Shown: positions 29,563-38,760 of the stretch, piece by piece
How positions within the stretch are numbered: position 1 is the stretch's first letter
Layout of the letters: the number at the start of each line of letters is the position of its first letter
From: Solirubrobacteraceae bacterium
Lineage (GTDB): Bacteria; Actinomycetota; Thermoleophilia; Solirubrobacterales; Solirubrobacteraceae
DNA length: 64,000 nucleotides
NCBI GenBank assembly: GCA_036496915.1
Contig: DASXKH010000015.1
Location: 902 to 64,901 of the forward strand
Reading direction: 5' to 3'
The notes under the pieces: generated by a model
What the model was told of the DNA's origin: nothing
The model's input: the letters and a program-made list of their open reading frames with translations, nothing else
The model's database searches: none
Translations under genes and position numbers: made by a program

Positions 29563-29961
29563 GTGAACACCGGAACGATCATCGGAATTGCTGTTGGCGC
29601 CGTGGTGGTGCTACTGCTCATCGCCCTCGTCGCTCGCGCCGCGAGCCGCAGGCGGGACGAACGTCGTCGTGAGCAAGCGGGTGAGCTTCGCCAGGAGGCC
29701 AGAAGCCGTTCGATCCAAGCGGAAAGCGCGCGTGCCTCGGCTGATGAGCAAGCCGCCGAAGCCAAGCGTGCTCAGGCTGAAGCTGAGGAACGCGCCGCTC
29801 AGGCGCGGCAAGGACATGCCGCCGCAGAGCGACAGGCAGTTGAGGCTGAGCATCTGACCGAGTCTGCCCGCGATCAACACGCGCAGGCACGTGCGATCGA
29901 CCCAGATGCGAGCGACAGCGGCCACGACGAGGCACTGGCTATCAACGAACGCACTGACTGA
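29563..29961 (+). CDS. Membrane-anchored coiled-coil hypothetical protein
   Basis: AGGAGG RBS; N-terminal TM followed by an A/E/R/Q-rich helix. Confidence 0.8.
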   Translation: MNTGTIIGIAVGAVVVLLLIALVARAASRRRDERRREQAGELRQEARSRSIQAESARASADEQAAEAKRAQAEAEERAAQARQGHAAAERQAVEAEHLTESARDQHAQARAIDPDASDSGHDEALAINERTD

Positions 29962-30015
29962 CCAGTTTTATTGGAAGCCACTCAGTGAGAAGGAACAAAT
30001 ATTGAGGAGGAACAA

Positions 30016-30303
30016 ATGACTAAGAGTGAAACAGACCTATTCAAGAGCCTGAGGGCGCGAGGAGTCCGCAAGAAGATCGCCAAGCAAATGACCCGTGCTA
30101 CGAGCGGCGCTGGTAAGCCAAAGGTCGCCACGCGCGCGATGGCGGACCTTAGCTCGGTCGTCGGGGATGTTAGTGATCGCCTTCGCCACGGACCGGAGAA
30201 GCGGAGTGCGGCAGCGAAGAAGGCCGCGCGTACGCGCAAGCGAAAGGCTCACAAGCGCAGTCAGTCTGCCAAGCGCGGCGCCCGGACTCGCGCTCGGGCG
30301 TAG
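30016..30303 (+). CDS. Small, very basic hypothetical protein (histone-like tail)
   Basis: GAGGAGG RBS; RSAAAKKAARTRKRKAHKRSQSAKRGARTRARA. Confidence 0.8.
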   Translation: MTKSETDLFKSLRARGVRKKIAKQMTRATSGAGKPKVATRAMADLSSVVGDVSDRLRHGPEKRSAAAKKAARTRKRKAHKRSQSAKRGARTRARA

Positions 30304-30329
30304 AGCCGCGGGTGACCGCTACGCCAATG

Positions 30330-30849
30330 TTACGAGTGCGTGAATCCAGTCGTCAGCAACGGCCGGCTCGGCAGCCTCGTCAAGTCGTCTCGGCACTCCA
30401 CGCCCTGTATGTCGAACTCGCACACCGCGCCGTCGGTGAGCGCGAGTCCGGGATTCTGGAAGCCGAGCTCGCTCCAGCGCGGTCGCCCGTCGTGGGCGTC
30501 GAGGGCGAGCAGCATTTCGTCGGGGTTCCCGCTCCGACCGAGACCGTTCGCCACTGCCACACCCGGGTGGCGCCATCGCCGAATACACATGTGGAAGCAC
30601 CCCGGTGAGACAACGGGTGGGGTGATCGCCAAGCTCCCCAACGAACAGGTCAACAAAACGAGGATGTCGTTCACGTGGGACTACCGGCAGAAATCTGAGA
30701 TTCAGGCACCCTCCGAATACGAAGAAGGCGCGACGAAAGTCTCGGCCTACCTTACGAGCGTCGTCGGTGTCGGTGGCCTCCATGTGAGAACCGGTGAGGA
30801 AGCCACGGAAACCATGACGTTCTCCAGCAACGTCGAGATCAGCGCATAA
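30330..30849. pseudogene. Two divergent 5'-truncated gene remnants
   Basis: Minus strand carries LLALDAHDGRPRW (PQQ-like repeat); plus strand carries HMWKHPGE...SNVEISA. Neither has a plausible start. Confidence 0.35.
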
Positions 30850-30896
30850 ACAACAATACGAGCGTGGTCGTCAGCGTCTGAGATCGCGACCGAAAC

Positions 30897-30923
30897 GTGG
30901 GGGATGGCGCCGCCGTCCCCCAC
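30897..30923 (-). terminator. Hairpin terminating the copper operon
   Basis: GTGGGGGATGGCG-C-CGCCGTCCCCCAC, followed by GTTT on the minus strand. Confidence 0.6.
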
Positions 30924-30970
30924 AGCCGGTCGGGTCCGATGGCGCCGGACCAAGTTGGGGCCTATCGGAG

Positions 30971-31702
30971 CTACGCGGTCGTCCTGCGCCGCGCGGCGAG
31001 GAGCGCGGCGAGGCCGGCGATCAGCCCGAGCGCGCCGAGGATCAGGCCGGCGACGGCGAGACCTTTGCTCGCAGCGCTGCCGCTGGAGCTCGCCGCGGCC
31101 GGTGTCGATGCCGACGCGGACGGGCTCGCGGCCTTCTGTCCCGCTTCCGGTCCGGCCTCGTCGCCGGCGATGTCCTGAATCACTCCGCCCTTTGCGGTGA
31201 CGTTGATCCTCGGGGAGGGGTGTTCGGCTGTCAGCGAGGGCGAGATCCAGTGGACCACCTGCCCGTTGCTGTAGGTCTGCACGGTCCTGAATTCGAGCGC
31301 CCTGCCGGTCGCGTCGGTCGGGATCGCCAGCGAGAGCGGGAACTGGACGAACTGTCCGTTGCCTACCTTGCCCAGCGGGCCGGTCCACGTCCAGACGATC
31401 TGTGAGACCTCGGTGTCGATCGTTTCACCGTCTTCTTTGATCGGGGTGGTGAGCTTGGCTTCGATCACGCGCGTGCTCCAGCCGGGCACGTTTTCGTAAT
31501 CCACCCCGGCGAACCCCTGCGGGAACAGCGTGTCCACCTTCTTGACATAGGCGCCTTCCTGCTCGCCGGGGACGCGCACGTCGAGCGTCGCGAACGCCCC
31601 TGCGGGGATCGTGTTGGGGTGCAGGCTGATGTGGGCCTGCGCGCCCGCCGGCGCCAGCAGGGCTCCGGCGGTGAGCAGGGCGGCGAGACGCTTGGCTTTC
31701 AT
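30971..31702 (-). CDS. YcnI (DUF1775) family copper-binding membrane protein
   Basis: Signal ending AQA-H(ISL), RVPGE, PGW, QTYSNG...W, C-terminal TM. Confidence 0.92.
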   Translation of the reverse strand: MKAKRLAALLTAGALLAPAGAQAHISLHPNTIPAGAFATLDVRVPGEQEGAYVKKVDTLFPQGFAGVDYENVPGWSTRVIEAKLTTPIKEDGETIDTEVSQIVWTWTGPLGKVGNGQFVQFPLSLAIPTDATGRALEFRTVQTYSNGQVVHWISPSLTAEHPSPRINVTAKGGVIQDIAGDEAGPEAGQKAASPSASASTPAAASSSGSAASKGLAVAGLILGALGLIAGLAALLAARRRTTA

Positions 31703-31727
31703 GCTTAGGTGTTCCTCCTGGATGGGT

Positions 31728-33626
31728 TCATTGGATGGGCACCTTCACCGTGCGGCTGAACTGTTCGAATTCAGACACCCGGTCGACGAATTCGATCTCC
31801 CAGGTCCCGCCGGGGCTGAGCACGGTGGAGCTGATGATGTAGTGGCCCGGTCCCGCCACGGTCGGCTTCAGCGCCAGCGGGCCGATCCCCTTGGCGGGCA
31901 GCCTGGCCGTGGCCGTGAGTTCCTTGGTGGCGGTGAACTGGGCGCCAGTCCTGGCGTCGATCAGATAGAGGTGGATCGTGTTCAGCCCGACCCTGGCCGG
32001 TTCGACGGTCATCTCGAGCTCGGCCGGACCCAGTGTCGTGTTGACGGAGAACGGCCCCGACGCCGCGTCGATCGGGGGCGCGTAGCCGATCAGCGCCGCG
32101 GTCACGCCGAACACGCACAGCATCAGCGCGAGCTCGCCGCGCATCGTGCGACGGGCCAGCGCGCCGACTCCACCAGGCGGCCGGCCGTCGCCCACCAAGC
32201 GCTCGAGTGCCGGGATGATCCGTTCGCGGTGAACCCAGCCGAGGCCGAGCAGCGTCGCCAGCAGCGCGACCTTGACGACGATCAGCGCGCCGTAGGTCGT
32301 GTGGAAGAGCCCGTGCAAGCTCCGTACGTCGATGTACGCCTGGACGACCCCGGTCGCGGCGATCGCGATCACCGCGCCCAGGGCGATCGGAGAGAAGCGC
32401 GCGAGCGTGCCGAGCAAAAGGCGGCTGCGCTCGTCGCCCTCGAGCCGGCGCGTGGCGCCCGGCAGCGCGAGCAGCAGGCACGCGATCCCTCCGACCCAGA
32501 CGCTCGCGGCGAGGACGTGCAGCGCATCCGAGGGGAAGAACACGACGACGGGGCTCTCGACGCTCGCGTGGCCGGCCAGCGCCGGGGTGATCGCCAGGTA
32601 GAGAGCGCCGATCGCGAGCAGGGCGAGGATCGCGCGCGGCGCGGGTGGGGTCAGCGACAGTCCCTCCTCGCCCGGGGTGCTCGTCAACGGCGTGTCCCGG
32701 GCCGTCGCCCGTGGTGTGTCCCGGGTGCTCGCCGGGGGAGTGTCCCTCGCTGCGGGCGGCGGCGTGTCTCGGGCACTCGAGCGCAGCGTGCGGATGACAT
32801 CCCGGCCGAGCACCCTGGCGAGCAGCAAAAGCGCGCCGAGCGCGAGCCAGTCGATCGCGCGCAGGCCCCACACGCGGCCAAAGCGGCTTTCCAGGGTGCT
32901 TTCGAGGATCGGGTCTTTCAGTGACGCCCACAGCGACACGCCCGCAGCGCTCGCCCCTTGCAGCAGCACGCCGAGCACGCTCACGATCACGCCCAGCACG
33001 ATCGCGAGCGCGAACAGCCGCCACAGGCGCGAGGCGAACGCGCGCGAGGCCTCGACCCAGCGCGGTCGCGCGCCCGCGAGCGCCGCGAGGCCGGGAAGCC
33101 AGGCGCAGAACAGGAAGGCGAGCCCGCCGAGCATCAGCGCGATCGTCAGGTAGTTAAGCGCGCGCACGACGCCGAAGGCGACGGTGGTGGCCTCGCCGCT
33201 CCGGCTCTTGCCGATCAGCCCGGCGACCGTGAACTTCGGCGCGGCGCCCGCGTGCCCGATGTTGAACACCAGCCCGCCATAGACGATGTGCGTGTCGGCC
33301 GAGATCACGCGGTAGGTGGCGGTATAGGTGCCGTCCGGCAGATGCGGCTTCAAACCGACGCCCATCCAGCGCTCGTCGCCGTATGGGTGCGAGACGTCCA
33401 GGTCGTCTACCTCCTCGCCCCGCGCGTCATAGACGCGGACGGCGCCCAGCGTGCCGCCGACGTCCTGGTCGAACTCGAAGATCACCTCATGGGGCTGAAT
33501 CTGGACGGTCGAGCCCGACGTTGGCGAGGTGCCGAGCAGCTGCGCGTGCGCCCACGCCGGCGGGGCGCTCGCGAGCGTGGCGGCGAGCGTGATGGCGAGC
33601 ATCGGCAAGATGAGACGGCGGGACAT
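31728..33626 (-). CDS. CopC/CopD fusion copper importer (YcnJ-like)
   Basis: AWA-HAQLLGTSP, YRVISADTH, LAGHA, LHVLAASVWVGG, C-terminal YtkA-like domain. Confidence 0.93.
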   Translation of the reverse strand: MSRRLILPMLAITLAATLASAPPAWAHAQLLGTSPTSGSTVQIQPHEVIFEFDQDVGGTLGAVRVYDARGEEVDDLDVSHPYGDERWMGVGLKPHLPDGTYTATYRVISADTHIVYGGLVFNIGHAGAAPKFTVAGLIGKSRSGEATTVAFGVVRALNYLTIALMLGGLAFLFCAWLPGLAALAGARPRWVEASRAFASRLWRLFALAIVLGVIVSVLGVLLQGASAAGVSLWASLKDPILESTLESRFGRVWGLRAIDWLALGALLLLARVLGRDVIRTLRSSARDTPPPAARDTPPASTRDTPRATARDTPLTSTPGEEGLSLTPPAPRAILALLAIGALYLAITPALAGHASVESPVVVFFPSDALHVLAASVWVGGIACLLLALPGATRRLEGDERSRLLLGTLARFSPIALGAVIAIAATGVVQAYIDVRSLHGLFHTTYGALIVVKVALLATLLGLGWVHRERIIPALERLVGDGRPPGGVGALARRTMRGELALMLCVFGVTAALIGYAPPIDAASGPFSVNTTLGPAELEMTVEPARVGLNTIHLYLIDARTGAQFTATKELTATARLPAKGIGPLALKPTVAGPGHYIISSTVLSPGGTWEIEFVDRVSEFEQFSRTVKVPIQ

Positions 33627-33665
33627 CGAAGGCTCCTCGTGGCGTATCCGGGCATGGCGATCGCG

Positions 33666-33697
33666 GAACGGTCACGACGAGATCGACGTGACCGTTC
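33666..33697 (-). promoter_or_regulatory. 11-bp stem hairpin between the leader ORF and copC/D
   Basis: GAACGGTCACG-N10-CGTGACCGTTC. Confidence 0.6.
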
Positions 33698-33752
33698 ATG
33701 ACTGGGGTCTGAGGACGAGCAGCCGCCGCCCCGGGCGGGACGGAAGTGAGGT

Positions 33753-34010
33753 CTAGCTCGCCGCGATCGGCACGGGCGGCGGGCGCACCGCCAGGGAGCA
33801 GCCGATCAGCCGACCGCCGCGCACCACCCACGACACGACACCGGTACGCGCGGGCTCAGACGAGCGTGGGCGTGGCCATTGAGCCGGCTCCATGCCCCTT
33901 CGCAGCGCGAGCAGGGCGCGCTCGCCCGGATAGCGACGCGCGAGGAGCGGTATCGCCAGTGCGATCGCAGGGAGCAGACAGAGCAAAGCATGCAGCACGG
34001 CTGCAGACAC
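33753..34010 (-). CDS. 85-aa leader ORF of the copper operon, ending in an RPPP motif
   Basis: GGAGGAG RBS and GTG start; hydrophobic N-terminus containing His and Cys; C-terminus GRLIGCSLAVRPPPVPIAAS. Confidence 0.7.
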   Translation of the reverse strand: MSAAVLHALLCLLPAIALAIPLLARRYPGERALLALRRGMEPAQWPRPRSSEPARTGVVSWVVRGGRLIGCSLAVRPPPVPIAAS

Positions 34011-34160
34011 TACTCCTCCGCTCCTCCCATCAGTGCGGCCTGGGCCGCCGTCTCGACCTGGGCGCGAACCTCCCGTCAAAACGCCACTGCGGTGACCGGC
34101 GCCGGCAGGGCTGTGGGAACCCGCGGGCTATGGGTCACCCATCCAACCCCGCGAGCGTCC

Positions 34161-36323
34161 TCAGCCGACCGGCGCGGTCTCCCCGGCGCGCGGGTGCTCC
34201 TCGGGAGCGCGCCGAGAGTGCAGCTCCGCGAGCTCCAGCTGCAGGTTGCGCGGGCGCTCGCTCGGGCCGGGGGAGCGTCGGGTCCAGACGCTCTCGGCAT
34301 CGAGCTCCCACGAGCTCTGGTTGTCGGCAAAGGCCCGCTCCAGAGCGTCAAGCAGCTCGGCACGCAGCGCAGGAGACTCGATCGGGGTCGCGAGCTCGAC
34401 GCGGTGGTCGAGATTGCGCGGCATCATGTCGGCCGAGCCGATGTAGATCGTGTGCTCGCCGGCGCGCTCGAAGGCGTATACGCGCGAATGCTCGAGCAGC
34501 CGTCCGACGATCGAGACGACGCGGACGTTCTCGGAGACGCCAGGTACGCCTGGTCGCAGGCAGCAGATCCCGCGCACGTTCAGATCGACCCGGACGCCCG
34601 CCTGGGAGGCCTCATACAGCGCCCGGATGCAGCGCCCGTCGACGAGCGCGTTCATCTTCATCATGATCCGGCCGGGCGTCTGTGGAGAATGCGAGGCGAT
34701 CGTCTGCTCGATCTGGGCGAGGATGCCATCGCGCAGCTGGTTGGGCGCGATCAGCACCTTGCGGTAGTGCAGCGGGCGGCCGAAGCCGGTCAGGTAGTTG
34801 AACATGTCGGCCACGTCCGCGCCGATCTGCTCGTCGGTCGTGAACAGCCCAAAGTCCGTGTACAGGCGCGCGGTCGCCGAGTGGTAGTTGCCGGTGCCGA
34901 TATGCACGTAGTTGCGCACGCCGTCGCCCTCGCGGCGCACGACCAGCACGCACTTGGCGTGCGTCTTCAGCGCGGGCTGACCGTAGACGACGTGCACGCC
35001 GGCCTCCTCCAGCGCCTTGGCCCAGTGGATGTTCATGCGCTCGTCAAAGCGCGCCTTCAGCTCGACCAGCGCGACCGCCTGCTTGCCGCGCTCGGTGGCG
35101 TCGATCAGCGCCGGCACGAGCGGCGAGTCATCGCTCGTGCGATACACGGTCTGCTTGATCGCGAGCACGTTCGGGTCGGCCACGGCCTGCTGGACGAAGC
35201 GCTCCACGGAGGTGGAGAAGGAGTCGTAGGGGTGGTGCACGAGCAGGTCGCCTTCACGCATCGCGCCGAACACGTCCGGGCGCTCGGAGTCGTGGCGCAA
35301 GAGGCGCGGGTGGGTGTTGCCGAGCAGTGGCTCCTCGCGCAGCTCGCCGTGGCCGGGCAGGCGCACGAGCTGCCACAGCGCGCCCATGTCGAGCAGCCCG
35401 TCCACCGGGTAGACCTCGTCCTCGGCGACGCCCAGCAGCTCGATCAGCTCCTCGCGCAGGCGGTGCGAGCAGCGCGTGCCGATCTCCACGCGCACGATCT
35501 CGCCGAAGCGCCGGCGGCGCAGCTCGTCCTCGACCGCCTGCAGCAGGTCGGCGGCGTCGTCGGAGACCTCCAGGTCGGCGTCGCGCGTGACGCGGAAGAC
35601 GTCGCAGTCGACGATCTCCATGCCTGCGAACAGCGCGTCGAGATGGTGCGCGATCACGTCCTCCAGCGCAACCAGCGTGAGCGGACCGTCCGCGGGCTGC
35701 TCGAGCGCGACGAAGCGCGGCAGGATCTCGGTGGGGACCTTCACGCGCGCGAACACAGTCTCCTCGGTCGCCGGATCGCGCACGAGCACGGCCAGGCTGA
35801 GGGAGAGGTTGGAGATGTAAGGGAAAGGGCGCCCGGGGGCGACGGCGAGCGGTGTCAGCGCCGGGAAGATCACGCGGCGAAAATGGCGGGCCAGCTCGGC
35901 ACGCTGGTCCTCGTCGAGCTCGTCCACGGCGACCACCGCGATCCCGTGCTCGGCCAGGGCGGGGCGCAGGCGCCCTTCGAAGCAGTCGCTCAGGCGCACC
36001 CCGAGCTCCTGCGCGCGCTCGCGGATCAGGGCGATCGTCTGCGAGGGCGTGCGCCCGTCCTGGCTGGGGCTCTCCACGCCCGCGTCGATCTGGTCGTGCA
36101 GGCCGGCGACGCGCACCATGTAGTACTCGTCGAGGTTCGTCGTGTAGATCGCGCAGAACTTGACCCGCTCGAGCAGCGGCGCGGACTCGTCCTCGGCGAG
36201 CTGCAGGACGCGGTCGTTGAAGTCCAGCCAGGAGAGCTCGCGGTTGATGTACAGCGCGGGATCCTCCAATGCGGGACCCTCCACGGCCGGACCGTCTGCT
36301 GCGGGGTGATCGTCGTCGAACAT
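34161..36323 (-). CDS. ppk1: Polyphosphate kinase 1
   Basis: INRELSWLDFNDRVL, NLDEYYMVRVAGL, VHHPYDSF, KQTVYRT, ELKARFDE, KTHAK, GTGNYH. Confidence 0.97.
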   Translation of the reverse strand: MFDDDHPAADGPAVEGPALEDPALYINRELSWLDFNDRVLQLAEDESAPLLERVKFCAIYTTNLDEYYMVRVAGLHDQIDAGVESPSQDGRTPSQTIALIRERAQELGVRLSDCFEGRLRPALAEHGIAVVAVDELDEDQRAELARHFRRVIFPALTPLAVAPGRPFPYISNLSLSLAVLVRDPATEETVFARVKVPTEILPRFVALEQPADGPLTLVALEDVIAHHLDALFAGMEIVDCDVFRVTRDADLEVSDDAADLLQAVEDELRRRRFGEIVRVEIGTRCSHRLREELIELLGVAEDEVYPVDGLLDMGALWQLVRLPGHGELREEPLLGNTHPRLLRHDSERPDVFGAMREGDLLVHHPYDSFSTSVERFVQQAVADPNVLAIKQTVYRTSDDSPLVPALIDATERGKQAVALVELKARFDERMNIHWAKALEEAGVHVVYGQPALKTHAKCVLVVRREGDGVRNYVHIGTGNYHSATARLYTDFGLFTTDEQIGADVADMFNYLTGFGRPLHYRKVLIAPNQLRDGILAQIEQTIASHSPQTPGRIMMKMNALVDGRCIRALYEASQAGVRVDLNVRGICCLRPGVPGVSENVRVVSIVGRLLEHSRVYAFERAGEHTIYIGSADMMPRNLDHRVELATPIESPALRAELLDALERAFADNQSSWELDAESVWTRRSPGPSERPRNLQLELAELHSRRAPEEHPRAGETAPVG

Positions 36324-36489
36324 TGCCTGCGCTCACGCTACACCCTCGGCGGCCGCGATCTGTCGTCAAGCGCCGCCTGCAACGCGCATGTCCCTCCGTG
36401 GGTCGCCCGGACTCCGTCCCCGGCACGCCGCACGCCGAGGACGTCCTGTCAATGGCGATGGTGCAGAGCGCGCTAATCTGATGCCGGGC

Positions 36490-36996
36490 ATGGCGCGCCA
36501 ACTCTGGCTACTACGTCACGCCGAGGCCGAGCCGCACGGGACGCGCCCGGACTCGGAACGACGGCTGACCGCGCGCGGGGAGCAGCAGGCGCGCGCGGCC
36601 GGGGTCGCGATCCAGCGGCTGGCGGTCGCCTTCGACGAGGTGCTGTTCTCTCCCAAGGAGCGCGCCCGTGCGACCGCCGAGCTGGCCGCCGAGGGCTGGA
36701 GCGCCCAGCAGCGTGAGCTGTTGCGCGAGCATCCCCCGCTGGCGGGCGGGTTTCACTCCTCGCAGGCGATCGACGTGCTGGCCGGGACGCCGCCGCAGGA
36801 TGGTCGCCTGCTGCTGGTCGGTCACGAGCCGGACCTCTCGCTGACGGCCGGCGGGCTGACCGGCGGGCGGATCGACCTGAAGAAGGGTGGCCTGGCGGTC
36901 GTGCGGCTAGAGGGCGCCGGCGGTGAGCTCGCGCTCCTGATGCGTCCCCGCGAGCTCGCGCTGATCGCGGGCGTTACCCCAATCGACCGGGACTGA
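36490..36996 (+). CDS. sixA: Phosphohistidine phosphatase SixA family
   Basis: LLRHAEAE, RRLTARG, SPKERARATA, LVGHEP. Confidence 0.88.
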   Translation: MARQLWLLRHAEAEPHGTRPDSERRLTARGEQQARAAGVAIQRLAVAFDEVLFSPKERARATAELAAEGWSAQQRELLREHPPLAGGFHSSQAIDVLAGTPPQDGRLLLVGHEPDLSLTAGGLTGGRIDLKKGGLAVVRLEGAGGELALLMRPRELALIAGVTPIDRD

Positions 36997-37833
36997 GGCA
37001 GCGGCGTCGGCCGCGCCGGGGGCGACCGAGATGTCGATGTCGCCCTCCCGCGCGGAGCTCGCCGCGCCGGCGGCGATCGCGTCCAGCGACTCCGCGGCGA
37101 AGCGGTAGCCGATGCCGAAGTGGGTGTGGATGTAGCGCCAGCGCGGCGAAGCCCGCTCGAGCTTCTGGCGGAGCTTGCGCACGAACACGTCGACCGAGCG
37201 GTCGCCGCGCACCATCGCGTAGCCCCACAGGCGCGAGTAGATCTCCTCGCGCTCGAGCACCCGGCCCTCGGCGGCGGCGAGCAGCTCGATCAGCTCGAAC
37301 TCGCGCCTGGTCAGGTCGAGGCTTGAGCCTGCGACGAACGCCTGGAAGCGGTCGGTGCGGATCTCGACCTCCCCCGCCTGCAGCGGCTTGACCTCGGCGC
37401 GGCCGCTGGCGCGACGGCGACGGCGCGCGACGCCCTGCACGCGGGCGATGACCTCCTCGGGGTGGCAGGGCTTGGTGATCCAGTCGTCGGCGCCCAGACG
37501 CAGCCCGCGCACGCGCTGGGCGACCGTCGAGGGGCCGGTGCAAACGACCACGCCGAGCTCGGGCAGCGCGCCGCACAGGCGCTCCAGCCACTCCCACGCC
37601 TGCGGGCCGAGCACCGCCAGATCGACGATCAGGGCACTCAGACGCATCGAGGCGATCGCGTCGGTGGGGACGGGTCCGGCGAGCACGCGGTGCTCCCAGG
37701 CGAGGCGGTCCAGACGCTTGCTCAGGACCTGAATGAAGCCACTGTCGCGGTCGAGCACCGCAATACGCAAGGAGCTTGCGCCCGGGGTGCTGGACGGCGC
37801 CGCCTCCTCCGTGGCGCGGATGCTTTCCGTCAT
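36907..37833 (-). CDS. OmpR/PhoB-family response regulator (no adjacent kinase)
   Basis: Receiver domain (IVDL, VCTG, GADDWITKP) plus winged helix (LTRREFELI, RSVDVFVRKLRQKL, HTHFGIGY). A TAAACT -10 box lies 8 nt before the ATG. Confidence 0.92.
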   Translation of the reverse strand: MTESIRATEEAAPSSTPGASSLRIAVLDRDSGFIQVLSKRLDRLAWEHRVLAGPVPTDAIASMRLSALIVDLAVLGPQAWEWLERLCGALPELGVVVCTGPSTVAQRVRGLRLGADDWITKPCHPEEVIARVQGVARRRRRASGRAEVKPLQAGEVEIRTDRFQAFVAGSSLDLTRREFELIELLAAAEGRVLEREEIYSRLWGYAMVRGDRSVDVFVRKLRQKLERASPRWRYIHTHFGIGYRFAAESLDAIAAGAASSAREGDIDISVAPGAADAAASVPVDWGNARDQRELAGTHQERELTAGAL

Positions 37834-37885
37834 CGCCGCGCAGTTTAGGGGACCGCGCGGACCGCGTGTGCAACGTCCTGCCCAC

Positions 37886-37903
37886 GGTAACAGGATGTTC
37901 ACA
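37886..37903 (+). promoter_or_regulatory. PHO-box-like direct repeat upstream of the response regulator
   Basis: GGTAACAGGATGTTCACA; TAACA and TCACA are 11 bp apart. Confidence 0.45.
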
Positions 37904-37938
37904 AGCGAAAATCGCTATTTGCGAGCCGATCGAGGCGC

Positions 37939-38748
37939 TCAGCGCGGCTCGGGCGCGGCATCGGGCGGCACGCCGGCCGGGTGCGACGAGTCGGAGAACT
38001 CCCTGAACAGCCCGGTGACGACGAACGCGACCTGCTCGCCGATGTCCACGGCGTTGTCGCCGATCCGCTCCAGCGCGCGGGCCACGAGGATCATGTGCAT
38101 CGCCCACTCGCGCGTGTCGGGATCCTCGCCGATCTCGATGGCCATGCGAAAGATGTCGCGGTTCAGGCGGTTGATCTCGTGGTCCTGGCGCACCAGGTCC
38201 TCGGCCAGTTCGACGTCGCGCCCGGAGAAGGCCGCGCGCGACTGCACGACCTCCGAGCGCGCCTGCGCGCCCATCTTCGCCAGCGCGTCCAGGACCTCGC
38301 GGCGCACGGGCGGCTCGTGGCCGGAGAGCGGGATCAGCTTGGCGATGTTCACGCACTGATCGCCCATCCGCTCGACGCGCATGATCACGTGCAGGAGCGC
38401 GGCGACCAGGCGCAGGTCCCCAGCGACGGGCGCCTGCAGGGCCAGCAGCGAGAGGATCCCCTGGTGGACCTCCAGGTAGCGCCCGTCGAGGCGGTCGTCG
38501 TCGGCGATCACCATCTGCGCGAGCTCCACGTCCTGATGACCCAGCGCCTCCATCACGCGATCCAGCTGCTCGACGACGAGATCGAGGCCGCCGAGCGCGC
38601 GCTCCTGCAGCTCCAGCAGCTGCTGCTGGAAGTGCACACGGCCCTGGGCCGGAGGCGGGGGCGCGCCGTCGTTGGGGCCGCCGAGCGAGTCGGGGATTTC
38701 AGGCTGAGCTGCGCCCGTGCGTGGGTCATTGCCGGCAGCCCCGGTCAT
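37939..38748 (-). CDS. phoU: Phosphate signalling protein PhoU
   Basis: IADDDRLD, QAPVAGDLR, ERMGD, LERIGDNAVDIGE. Confidence 0.95.
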   Translation of the reverse strand: MTGAAGNDPRTGAAQPEIPDSLGGPNDGAPPPPAQGRVHFQQQLLELQERALGGLDLVVEQLDRVMEALGHQDVELAQMVIADDDRLDGRYLEVHQGILSLLALQAPVAGDLRLVAALLHVIMRVERMGDQCVNIAKLIPLSGHEPPVRREVLDALAKMGAQARSEVVQSRAAFSGRDVELAEDLVRQDHEINRLNRDIFRMAIEIGEDPDTREWAMHMILVARALERIGDNAVDIGEQVAFVVTGLFREFSDSSHPAGVPPDAAPEPR

Positions 38749-38760
38749 TGTCCCAAGCTC

